64,000 nucleotides of DNA from Callorhinchus milii (lineage: Eukaryota), in NCBI RefSeq assembly GCF_018977255.1, contig NW_024704742.1, positions 91,080,001 to 91,144,000 of the forward strand, read 5' to 3'. The notes under the pieces are model-generated. The model was given only the letters and a program-made list of their open reading frames with translations. It ran no database searches and had not been told where the DNA came from. Shown here in pieces: positions 38,136-49,700 of the stretch. Position 1 is the stretch's first letter; each line of letters starts with the position of its first letter. The position numbers and the translations under genes were made by a program.

Positions 38136-39395
38136 CAACACGACATCTGTCAAGTGAAAAATTGCCATTTTCCAACACTAACATCCTTCATCTTAAGGAA
38201 CCCAAAGGTCCTTAAGAGTAACCCAATAGTCATTAACCAAAAAAACCAGTGATTCCATTCTTTCACACTGTGCATTCCAGAGTTGTACATTCAAATCCCT
38301 TTATTATCACCATGGAGCCTCTAATTTAACTTAGTCTGGATCCATTTAATGTTTGAATGCAATCTAAGAGAATCTAATGCACAAACACATTCCTCTAGCT
38401 GGTTTTACTATGTCATAAATTATCTAATTGGATCTTACACAACAAATTGAGAATCCAGTAGGAGTTTTGGTGAAGCTTTTGGAGATGACTGAATGACTAA
38501 GCATGTGATTATTAATGAATGGCTAGTGACCGGAAATCAATTCCAATATTTAAAACCTGCTGTCTTGGTATTTACATCGTCTCGATTATAGCTGTGCAAG
38601 ATTACTATTCTCTTAATTGGTTGCTGCAAGCATAATAGGCCATTCAATAATGGTTTGAATTTTAGTTATGTCTGCAAAATATGATGGCCTGACATTATGT
38701 GCTTTAAAGTTTATGTATGATGTTGTCAGTTCCTTAACAGTATCACATATACTTTTCTTATCTAAAATCAATATAATATATTTTCTCTCAATAAATAATG
38801 CAGACCTGAGTAAGGTTTTCTTTGTATGGATGCAAGCTATGACCTTTTCCCAGCAATTTAACCTGTCATAATAATTGTAATTCTAACAGTGGTCAGCATT
38901 AATGCGTAAAGGCTAAAATATTGTTATGTTGCACAGTCTTCCAGCAGTAAAATGTCTCAGGATTTGTATGAACCAGGAAAAGCCATGGACAACACACTGG
39001 TTTGTTAGCAGTTTTGAATTACAGCAGAGTTTCGTGGTTAAACTCTGTCTTAAGAATAGATGGCACACAGTCTTTTTTAAATCAAATAACTATTAAGATT
39101 TATGATGATTGCCAACATCCTTTTGTTTTGTTAGCTCATTTTCGGTTGTCTTTTTTGACATCATGTTGAGAACATGATGGGATACGTGAAGAGTTACTGA
39201 GAATGAAGCTGAATTAACGCACGTAGATGATGCTAAAGTAAGATACTGTAAAATACAGTATCTGTTCCACTGTTACACAGATTCCTTGAAGTGTCCAGCT
39301 CTGTAATTCCTTTAAGATACTGCGCTAGTGAAGCCATCAACAATCATCTTTGTCTACAAAATACACAGTTAAACCACTTTACAGTATATCTCATG

Positions 39396-39797
39396 AAGTT
39401 TCCTTACTCCACACAGAGCCTAATAATAATCCCTCCAAAAACAAAAAACAATAATAAATTGGTCATTTTCAATCTACGACTGTTTGTGGGACTTGGTTGT
39501 GCGCAATTGGCTGCCGCGTTCGCCCACAAATATACAGTCAATTCACTTTACAGTATATTCCAGAATACACTGTAAAGTGAATTGACTGTATATTTGTGGG
39601 CGAAACGCGGCAGCCAATTGCGCACAGCAGTGTCCCACAAACAGTTGTGGATTAAGTGACCAAATTATCATTTTTTTTCCTTGAGGGATTAATATCTGGC
39701 AAAGGAGTAAGGAAACTTGCCCAAGATTTCACCTTGCCAGGAATCGAACCCAGGTCTCTCGCTTGAGAGGCGAGTGCTCTAACCACTGAGCTGCAGG
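39396..39797. mobile_element. Two family A SINEs fused tail-to-tail into a palindrome centred at 39561-39562
   Basis: ...cactttacagtatattc CA gaatacactgtaaagtg...; the right-hand copy keeps its tRNA head at about 39725-39797. Confidence 0.92.
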
Positions 39798-39880
39798 ATA
39801 TCAGAATCAATTCCTTTACTGGTTCCAACCACCTTCAGTGGTGAGAAATTCTAACTGGGTCTAGATTTGCACCATTTTCT

Positions 39881-40013
39881 TAGCATTTCAAAGAGTGAAG
39901 AATTTGACAAATCAGGCTTAAGTTTGAGATCTTAAAAGAATACAAAAAAAATCGGCTTCAAAATCAAGACTGAATTTAAGTATTTGTCAAATTCGGCACA
40001 CTTTCAAATGCTA
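39881..40013. mobile_element. Putative MITE with imperfect terminal inverted repeats, bounded by TA
   Basis: Left end tagcatttcaaagagtgaagaatttgacaaat versus reverse complement of the right end tagcatttgaaagtgtgccgaatttgacaaat. Confidence 0.55.
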
Positions 40014-40876
40014 TAAAATAAAGTAAGTCTAGAGCTAGCTGGAAGTTCCCCACCAGAAATTGTATTAACCTAAATGAAGCAACTAATGCATTTGTTTCTG
40101 GCTTTATCCCAGAATAATAGCGTAGATAATATGGATAGCTGCAAAAGATAACCTCTTGCACTCACCTGCTCCTCAAAGTAGACCGAGTGAACTGGAAAGA
40201 CAATGGCTTCTTAAATTTTGATGGATATTACGGAGTAAAGGTTACCCTCTGGATACCCTGGAATCTCTGGATTGGCAGCTGAGTTGAAGGACAAGACTGC
40301 CCTTCATTTGTTATTCAATCTCAGTTTCAGTCACTCTGTGTTGGACGGAGACAATATTGTGTTGCACTGAGCACAACAGTGTTACAGTGTGAATACAAAA
40401 GTCCAAGAAGCTAAAAGCGTATTTGTAACCAGGATTTAACTGAACATTGTTCTGGTATCTTGTTTAGAATAAAGATGTTTTTTCTTTTTAATGTATTAAC
40501 TCATAGTCCTTTTGTGACAGTCTATACTCAGTTCACTATACACAGCCAAGCAAGGAGAATGTTCCACTGTTAATGAAGGTAAGCTGAAGGGGTTCAGAGG
40601 TTCACAAGATAGGTTTACGTGAAGGAGATTCAAAAACAAAATTGGCCAACTCGATTTCATCCTTCTAGAATATCTGCTTCCTGCTTCTAGAATATCTTTC
40701 ACAACGACCTCTTTCTGTGATGGCAAACCAGCAGGGATGCTTCCCACTTAGCTCCTGTTAAGCCTGCAAGCCCAAGCCTTAATGGTGGTCCTAGCTGGAT
40801 AAGCAGCAGGAAAGTATTTTGAATGGCAACTTGTACTGATTTAGCTGGTTAGACTCCTGCAGTACCCCAACGCACA

Positions 40877-41054
40877 CTCTGGCATCCCCATGCTTTGGCT
40901 CTTGCCAACCTACGCCTAATACTCCCCAGATTTAGGTAAACCAGATGAGTTCCATTCCAGACACAGGGAAATTTCCATGCGTAGGTGGCATGCATGGAAT
41001 TCTCTCATTCTGGTTTATATGGTGACAACTTTCCACCTGTGTCGGACACCTGGC
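40877..41054 (-). repeat. Unclassified ~210-bp repeat, internally deleted copy
   Basis: ttggctcttgccaacctacgcctaatact matches 29354-29382. Confidence 0.8.
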
Positions 41055-41247
41055 AATAAAACACCAAGCAGTTTCTCAAATTAATCCATAATAACAGCTT
41101 GACTTCTGACTCCCATGACCTCTGATCTTGTTGCCTTGGTGTATCTGAACAAAATTTAGAATCTTGTTAACATGCTCACTACTAATGTCAGAATCACTGA
41201 AGGATTGAAACTGTTAGCTTTGGCGAGAACGCAACACTTATATATGT

Positions 41248-41483
41248 GGCAAAAGGCAAAATACTGCAGATGCTGGAAATCTGAAATAAAAACAGAAGTC
41301 GCTGGGAACACGGAGCAGGTCAGGCAGCATTCATGAGAGAGGAAAGTGAGTTAACTAATATTTCAGATCGATAACCTGACAGGTTCTGATGAAGGGTTAT
41401 CAACCTGAAATGTTAACTCATTTTCCTCTCTCCATAGATGCTGCCTGACCTGCTGAGTGTTCCCAGTGACTTCTGTTTTTATT
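41248..41483 (+). mobile_element. Penelope-like inverted pseudo-LTR element with a minimal hammerhead-like core
   Basis: Arms of about 90 bp (41285-41377 and 41393-41483). CTGATGA (41386-41392), a stem-loop, then GAAA (41407-41410). Flanked by acttatatatgt (41236-41247) and acttatacatgt (41484-41495). Confidence 0.75.
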
Positions 41484-41499
41484 ACTTATACATGTTCGT

Positions 41500-41915
41500 C
41501 TGGTTCATTTGGTAGCAGCCTTACCTCTGATTCAGAAGGTTTTCGGGACTTGAACTCACATAGTCTAAGTTTGACAATTCCATGCAATGCTGGGGGAGGA
41601 TGCACTATTTGAGATGTTGCCCTTCAGATGAGACATTAAACTGAGGTCCCTTCTGCCTGTTCAGGTGGACATGAAAGATCCCATGGCACATCTCAAAAGG
41701 AGAAGGGAATTTCTCCCGGTGTCATGGAACAACCTCCCAGATAAAATTGGTAACTCATTTCACGGCTGTTTATGGGACAAATTTTGCTGTATGCAAATCA
41801 GCTGCTGTGTTCATCCACAAAACACATAGTCACTGCACTTTATAGTATATCCTGTGAAGTGCTTTGCAACACACCACCTGATGTGAAAGGTATTATACCA
41901 ATTTTAAGAATTATC
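41500..41915 (+). mobile_element. Near-full-length Deu-domain SINE (family B)
   Basis: Head ttggtagcagccttacctctgattcagaaggtt; core gatgagacattaaactgaggtccc...caggtggacatgaaagatcccatggcac. Confidence 0.85.
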
Positions 41916-42359
41916 ATATGTTAGCAGGTGGTCAACTAGCATTTTAACCCCAAGGAACCAAAAGGAAAACTATGAGTGTGAGGATCACTGATTGTTATCA
42001 CAATGCTCACCTATTTCATTACAGAATGTCGGCATCTTTTCCTGCTGGCCAGCTTCTTAATGACAGGCCTGCTCAGTTCAACTTGTAAAAGTGATCCCAG
42101 CAGTAACTTGAATCAGGGCCCCCATGAATTGGACCCCACTCGCCCATTTTACTTGACAATGCAGAACCCTTTCAGGGAGCCAGTGTGACACTGTTGCCAA
42201 AACATTGTGAACTTTGTTCTTTATAAAAGTGAAAAACTTGACAATTCGACACCAGAAAAACACAAAAAAGTTGTCATTGACTTTGCTGAACTAGATGAGA
42301 CAGAGTGGATCTGGAATCATGTCCGGGCACATAAAGCCTGTTTTTTAAGATGTTGTATT

Positions 42360-42505
42360 CACACCCTCATCCCCCTACCCTCTGATCCTCTTTGTTCCAA
42401 CCTCCAGCTTGAGTACAAACCCTTACCTGTCCAACCCCTTGGGATGTCCTTCCCACGTGAAAGGCACTATACAAATGTAATTTGTTCTTGCTATTATTGT
42501 TATTA
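42360..42505 (+). mobile_element. L2 tail fragment
   Basis: cttgggatgtccttcccacgtgaaaggcactatacaaatg. Confidence 0.75.
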
Positions 42506-42844
42506 CTCAAGAATAGTTTCACTAATGTTAAAGCTATCCGATGCCCAGAAAACATTTGAACTTAAAGCATCTTTCGCACATAAAAACTGTCTGGTCATAC
42601 AGTAGAACAGCAGATCTCAGAGCTCCACATTGACATTGAGTTACTGCTGCACTAAGACATCCTGAGCTATGTCATATTTAGCCACACATTGAATGAGTGT
42701 TGTGACATTCAGGACTCAGTTGGCGGTGTCTGTGAGCGATGCGACCAGTGGTAGACAGAAGTGGTTTACATTGACATCTAAAGAGCACTACAATGTCATT
42801 CAGTGGCGGATTGGCTGCCCATAAGTGTTCATGATTGTCACATA

Positions 42845-43095
42845 AAATAATAATAAAATAATAAAATGCTTGCATTTGATATAGCACATTTCACGTCTTC
42901 GAGACATCTCAAAGCGCTTTACAGAATACACTGTAAAGTGAATTGACTGTATATTTGTAGGCGAAACGCAGCAGCCAATTGCGCACAGCAGTGTCTCACA
43001 AACAGTCATGGATTGAGTGACCAAATTATTATAATTTTTTTTTCTTGAGGGATTATTATCAGGCGTGTGGAGTAAGGAAACTTGCCCAAGATTTT
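42845..43095 (-). mobile_element. Family A SINE lacking the middle segment
   Basis: The shared 3' module is joined directly to gtggagtaaggaaacttgcccaag. Confidence 0.85.
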
Positions 43096-43539
43096 TCCTT
43101 GATGAAGAAGCACCAATATGTGGGGAGTGCCTAAAGTATAAAACATCTGCGTGTTTAAAAACAAATTTGAAACTTCTGGACTAGGCTGCACGAGTTGCAG
43201 GGAGTGGCATAGGGAGCCATTCGTGGGGGCACTCGGGAAATTTCCTAATATCCTATATAGCCAGTCCATTCCAGTTTGAAACTGCTGCGTTACCACTTGG
43301 AAAGCATTCTCGCCAGGGAATCAGGTCCAAGCTGATTTTCGCGACATTGTGTTGTGACGAGGATTCCCTGGAACACTGTTTATGTTGCAGGTGCTTTTGC
43401 TGGGGGCCATGTGACTGCCATGTTGCTGGAGTAGGGTTTAGACACCATTGTGTCTAAACCAGATCAGTCCTGGAGCAAAGCCAGCAAACCTTGATGTTAT
43501 TGGCCAAGATATCTTTGCAGAAACATGACACCATTATAA

Positions 43540-43785
43540 TAATAGCAATAATAATAAAAATAATTGTATTCGATACAGGGGCTTTCACATCGGGGCAATG
43601 TCGAAAGGAGAAGTTCACATGATTTACTGTGAAATAAAATGTAGTGATTGTATTATAATAGATGAACTTGGCAGCCAATTTAGGCACGACAATGTCCCAC
43701 AGACAGCCATGAAGTAAATGACTAATTTATTTTATCTGGGGGATTGTTTGTCAGGACACTGTGAGAAACTCCCTTATCTTTTCAA
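43540..43785 (-). mobile_element. Deu-type SINE 3' half, followed by a G19 run at 43808-43826
   Basis: gcagccaatt..aatgtcccacagacagcc...caggacactgtgagaaactccc. Confidence 0.7.
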
Positions 43786-45099
43786 ATAAAAAAAAGATGC
43801 TCTTTTTGGGGGGGGGGGGGGGGGGGTGGCAATGTGGCTGTGAAGTGATAATTATCCATGGTAATAATTAGAGCAAGAAAATTGGGTTTTTCACCAAATG
43901 TGACATTGAAGGTGTAAAATGTAATTGTACTTTTGAAAATGCATTGGACTTATTTAGAAGCTCACAAGGAAGACATTTTAAGTTACCAACTAGAAGAGAA
44001 TAGCAATTACCCATATAATATACCTATATAATAATATTTGTATACCAATATCAACAACAGTGAACAGAGTAATCCTTCCCTCATCCTTTCCATGGTTTGT
44101 TGGACAGGAATCTTATGGCTGGTTAAGAATTATCTTTGAATCGTGTACTTGGCATCAGACCCACATAGAGACCTACAATAATGCCAGCAACACATGGAAA
44201 GGTGACAAGGGTACATTAATAAGAAGCCTTTACAGGTCGCACAGAAAATATGAAAATCTTCAAACAGCCTAGATGCGGGGATGATGCACTGAAGCATTCA
44301 ACAGTATGATGTACAATAATCTCAAATCATGTCAAAGGTAATATAGCAGAAACAATATTGGCTCTTTTTTGTTTATGGAAGGAATTTCTAAAGGCTGAAT
44401 TGACGCTGGCATGGTTTTGTAGTCCCGTGCTCTCTGTGCCGTGTGACACATGATCCATCTGTGCTAAGTACAAAGTATCAGCTGTACCATCTGTGCCATC
44501 AATGACAGCTGTGCCTTTTTCCCCACTATCAGCTGTGACAATTGCTCTCACTCTGCCAAATGTGTCAGGTGCGGTGCCCGCTGTTTGAGCCCTGCCAGAT
44601 ACGCAGCAGAGGAAAGGTGGAGCGGATAGGAGACTGAACACATCAATAAATGAATACCTGTATACAGCAGGACGCCATTAGCTTCACTGTGGAACTCCAG
44701 CTACTGCCGATGAACATGGAACCGGGCCAGTGTGGTCCAGGGCTGGAGCACTTGTCAGGGGAATCAGCCACTGTTGCTCAGGGCCTGAAGTGTTCATTAG
44801 GAAACGCTGGACCTTGACTCCTGGCTCCTAGAAAGTAAATAAGAAATGTTGATTCAGGTACTTTGAGCATCTGTCAAGGGAAGTCTGGAGCATTGTTACA
44901 AGTGCCTAGAGTGCCCATTGCGTTAGAGCCTAGAGAGACTATCATTAGAGGATCATGCAGTAATAAGTCGTCCTCAGGAGGTGAAGTGGGTAGGAAATGT
45001 TTGTGTCTGGAGTAATTTTGAATTGTGTTACAATGGGGATTGGAGGTGCTTGTAAAAACTATGATTGGTTTGTTTGACTCAGATTAACCTGTGCTTGAG

Positions 45100-45230
45100 C
45101 CACTCTCCCACCCCCCAGCCTCCTGACCCCAATTTCCATCTCGGGTCCAAAAACCTGATTGTCCAGCGCCCTGGGCATCTTTCCGACGTGAAGGGTCCTA
45201 TACAAAGTGTGATTTGTTGTTGTTGTTGTG
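45100..45230 (+). mobile_element. L2 tail fragment
   Basis: tgtccagcgccctgggcatctttccgacgtgaagg...(TTG)n. Confidence 0.75.
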
Positions 45231-45569
45231 AACGTTGCTGTATCAAATGGAAGATAATTATTATTATTATCAGATCCCATTCCGTCTTTTGTTGAAGTTA
45301 TGAATTTTCTGATTTTTCTTTACTCCCCTACTGGTGAGACCTTCAGTTTTATGGCAGAAAGAAATTATAACTTCCGAGATCACTGAAAGATAACAAAGTT
45401 TCACCAAAAACACCTTATGTTTTCTTCAGCAAAACCTGTTGAATGTTGATCTTCTGCATCAGTATCCTACTGCTACAAAAGTGTATCAGATTCAATGTAA
45501 TGTTTACAGAAAAATAAGGACACCTGTGATTGTTACTGTGCTGACTGCAGAATCATAGACATAATGAAA

Positions 45570-45910
45570 TAATCCTTCACATCGGGAGGAGATCTCTAAG
45601 CCTTCTTGGGTTATTTTGGTAATGTGTAATAATTATATATTTTGTAGACGAAAGTGGCAGCCAATTTGCTAATGTCCAACAAACAGCCATGACGTGAATA
45701 ATCAATTTTATCTGGAGGACTGTTGGCCAGGACACAGGGAGAAACTCCCTTTTCTTTTTGAACGAACAGGCAAATGGATGGCACCTCCAACATTGCAGCA
45801 CACCCCCAGCACTGCATTGGAGTTATATGATCTGATGTCCTGGCGTAGGCTTCAATTTAACAACCTTCTGAATTGGAGGCAAGAGTGCTAACAACTGAGC
45901 AAGGCTGACA
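45570..45910 (-). mobile_element. Deu-type SINE with internal deletions
   Basis: Head aggcaagagtgctaacaactgagcaaggctgac; body ttggccaggacacagggagaaactcc. Confidence 0.8.
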
Positions 45911-48900
45911 AAAATGACAGCATTGAAGGAAACCATCAACCCTAAACTGGTATTAGCTCATCCAGAGCAGCAAGCTAATCTAATCCCAATTCCCTATGGT
46001 TTATTCCAAATATACTGAACAAGAGATGTAAAATTCACCTGAAATATTTAATCTTCCTCCAAGAAGACATGGCTTTATACGCTGAAATCTTTCACAATAT
46101 ATAACAGTAAATATTTAAAACGTGGCTGTAAGACTATATCGAAGCTGCATGCATATGGTAAATGTCAGCATAGCATTTACCTAAACCAGGACAACAACTG
46201 TTTTAATTCATACAACTCAATGAATTGCAGCTCATTTCTATTTCATAACATGGCATTCAATGACTAAACATAGGAGTTGTGATTAGTAATTATATGAATT
46301 ACTTCTTCGACTACCCTTTAATATATTGTGACATGGAGTAAAATGTAATTACTTTGTTGTTTATTAGTGTCACTCTAGATTGAAAAAGATTACACAGCAT
46401 GGAGTGTATTAATGCTATTCTTGATAGCCAGGCTGAAAGTATACATACTACCAATAGGCTGCTTTTAATGGCTTCTATGTCAATGAATGAACCATGAAAC
46501 TGCATATTAAATCAGAGGACACAGTATATCAGAGGATGTTACAGTGAAGGGCCATTGTGTGAAATACGCCACCCCCACAAAAATAACCACTCAATTTACT
46601 GTTGTTCCTGTACAACAACAGTTCCATCAGTCCGCATTATAACTCAGCTCTGAGAAGTCAGTGTTAGAACAAGATCACTGGATCCAAGGCACGATTGATG
46701 GCTGTCTCATTCATCAAGACTCAGAGGTATACAAATGTCCTCAAGCCAAAGCTATAATAGGTAGGATAGACCTAGTGAAACAACTAATGCTCGTATATAT
46801 TCACTCAATCCATGACTGTTTGTGGGATACCCACGTGGGCGATTGGCTGCTGCGTTTCCCCCACAAAATACACTCTCAATTCACTTTACAGCATATTCTG
46901 TGAAATGCTTTAGGGACGTCTCAACTAAGTGATAAGGCGCTATATCAAATGCAAGGATTATTGTTATTATTACAAATTATATAGGGTTTATAATGTCAAA
47001 ATGCCTTTACAATCATTATTGTTAACTGTGTATGTACTTGTAGGCAAACACGGCAACCAATTTGTCTCAGCAATGGCATACACCCACCAGTAGGTGAATG
47101 ACCAATTTATCTCTAGAGGATTGTTGGCCTGGGTACCAGGAGAACACTACCCCAACACCAGACTGCAGTGTCAGTCCAGATACCATGAAATGTATCAGTG
47201 TTTAGTCCTAGCAAACTACTCAGTTGCCACAATTTATATTCAGATGGAAATTAGGTTGAAAGTGTGCAGTTATTTTACAACTGTGCAAGCATTAATATCC
47301 TCAGCTGTACTCTCTCACAGGACTCTCTACATGGACATCAATCACATCCCTCCCAGCACAGTCCTGATCCTCTTGGGCAGGATGGGGTTAAATAATAATT
47401 AAGCTTTTCAGCTGAATGATTGAAGTGGGTTCAGTAGGAAGTGTAGTTATTGTGTTAGCTTGTTTAGACATAAAAGCAATGATCTTGTACTTTCAGACAT
47501 CCGGAATAATTAATATGACAAGGTTCAAGTTACAATGACCAAATTAGCTCGTTTTTGCAGTTTTGAAGCTATGAATTAAAACGCTGCACTTAGCTTGGCA
47601 TGAACAGGGTTTGTAATGCAATTTGCTCCAGAGACAATTTGAGCCTTTTTACACAAGACTCAGATCCCACCAGCATGCAATGTTTACGCATTACACTGAT
47701 CCCCTGACCCTAGTTCTGAGCTATACAGAACCTAGCACCAAGGGGACAATGTCAATGCTATTTATAAGTATCGTTAGATATTAGAAACAAATCAAACATA
47801 TCAGAAACATATTGAATTGCAAACGTGACTTTTACTGGGCGAGTATTTTGACTTTTAATTTTAAAAGTGCATCACAGAATGTATAAAGTGTAGTTTGAAC
47901 CGTTCAACGTTGATTATTAAAATCCACTGACACTCATATAATTTTGCAATCAGAATCTGGTCAGCAAAGAATTTCAAAAGCTCAAACAGTCAATTTATTT
48001 TTACAGAACATTTTGTCATTTTCATTATAACAATTAAAGTCTGATGTTAGATTGTTTTCTAGGCTAAAATAAATCCATTTAATAGAATTTAATAGGCAGA
48101 CATATTATAATAACAATAATAATAATCCTTGCATTTGATATAGCACCTTATCACTTTGTTGAGATGTCTCAAAGCACTTCACAAAATCTACTGTAAAGTG
48201 AATTGAGTGTATAGTTTGTGCGTGAAATGCGGCAGCCACTTGCACACAGCAGTATTATAAGTAGCATATTGCACTTAGACCTTTTCACACCTAGAGAAGC
48301 AGATGTGAAATGGCTTGACTATAGAGCAAGCAGTTACAGGCATGTCAATAGTCTTGGCTTTTTGTGCTAATGCTTTAATTCCTGCACACCTATTCTGAAA
48401 GATTCTCTCTCTCTCAGAATTGTATTTCCCCCCTTTACAACCAGGGTAACAACCATGTCTGCCTGTCTGCGACAGAAATATTCCCTCACAGATGAGCAAT
48501 TTCTTTATTACCTGTCCTCTTGGACAGGTGAAATGCGGACGTGAAGAATTTCTACAGCTACATTAAATGCAAGGGCACAGGCCCATTTCTGTAAAGGACA
48601 GGCTTGCCTTTCAGTCACATGCCTTGAAGTACAATTGCTTTTCACTGGTACTTTCCATCTCCATTTACAACACAAATGTCACCTTTCAATGTCTAAGATT
48701 TCCTGATTCATTTTTTAATGTTAATAATATCTCTTTACAGTTCACTACACAGCTGTTTGTAAGAAATTGCTGTGCTCCAATTGGGCTGCTGCATTTGCTC
48801 ACAAGATACGCAGTCACTACACTTTACCGTGAATCCTGTGAAGTGATTGTTTGTGACAGTATCCTGACATGAAGGCACTATATCAAATGCAAGTGTTATT

Positions 48901-49173
48901 ATTATTATTTGTTTAGATATTTTACCATATAACATTGTGTGGGGAGTTAAACTACGACTCCCAAATATGACAGTGGCGGGGGGGAGGGTCTAAACTACAG
49001 GTCTATTCCTATGTTTACTTGTTCTTCCTAGGATTACCGTGCTATGAAAGGTGATTCTGAATGTCAAGTTATATTGACATTTCTTTGGTGCCAGTGGTGG
49101 TGATTTCATAAAATAATTTGTTTATTCACATTGATGTGCTCTGAGATATCTCCCCGGCATAAAAGACGCTATG

Positions 49174-49364
49174 TACAGGGTGTCCACAAAGTCCTGTTAC
49201 CACCTGTTGCAAAACAGTAATATGAGACTATGGAGGAGCTGAAATAAACTGTCAGAGATGCATTTCACTTCATCATGTTACAGAAGATGTTTCACCGAAC
49301 ATGGGGATGGATCATTATCTGCCATGAAAATGATGACTCTCACACTGATCTTCTAGACATCTAA
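49174..49364 (+). mobile_element. Internally deleted Tc1/mariner-superfamily element (left end plus transposase C-terminus)
   Basis: TA+CAGGGTGTCC terminus. 49221-49364 translates to YETMEELK*TVRDAFHFIMLQKMFHRTWGWIIICHENDDSHTDLLDI*, resembling the mariner C-terminal EELK...AF...ML...R...C....G.H pattern. Confidence 0.65.
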
Positions 49365-49489
49365 ATACAGATAACATTTGTACTGAACACACTTAAAGAC
49401 TTCTAAATACAATTATCATCATTCTTCCACATGTTTCAGTTGTTGGTGCACTGTGTGTGTGTGTGTGTCTGTGTGTGCATGTTGGGGGG

Positions 49490-49700
49490 AATAATAATAA
49501 TAATCCTTGCATTTGATATAGCGCTTTTCACGTCTTCTAGACGTCTCAAAGTGCTTCACAGAATATATTGTAAAGTGAATTGACTGTATATTTGTGGGCG
49601 AAACGCGGCAGCCAATTGCGCACAGCAGTGTCCCACAAACAGTCGTGGATTGAAAATGACCAATTTATTATTGTTTTGTTTTGGAGGGATTATTATCCAC
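49490..49700 (-). mobile_element. Family A SINE 3' module, well preserved
   Basis: Nearly identical to 39430-39560. Similar tail-only fragments at about 33590, 46800, 48110, 48740, 54960, 59735, 60800, 61505, 62980 and 63195. Confidence 0.88.
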
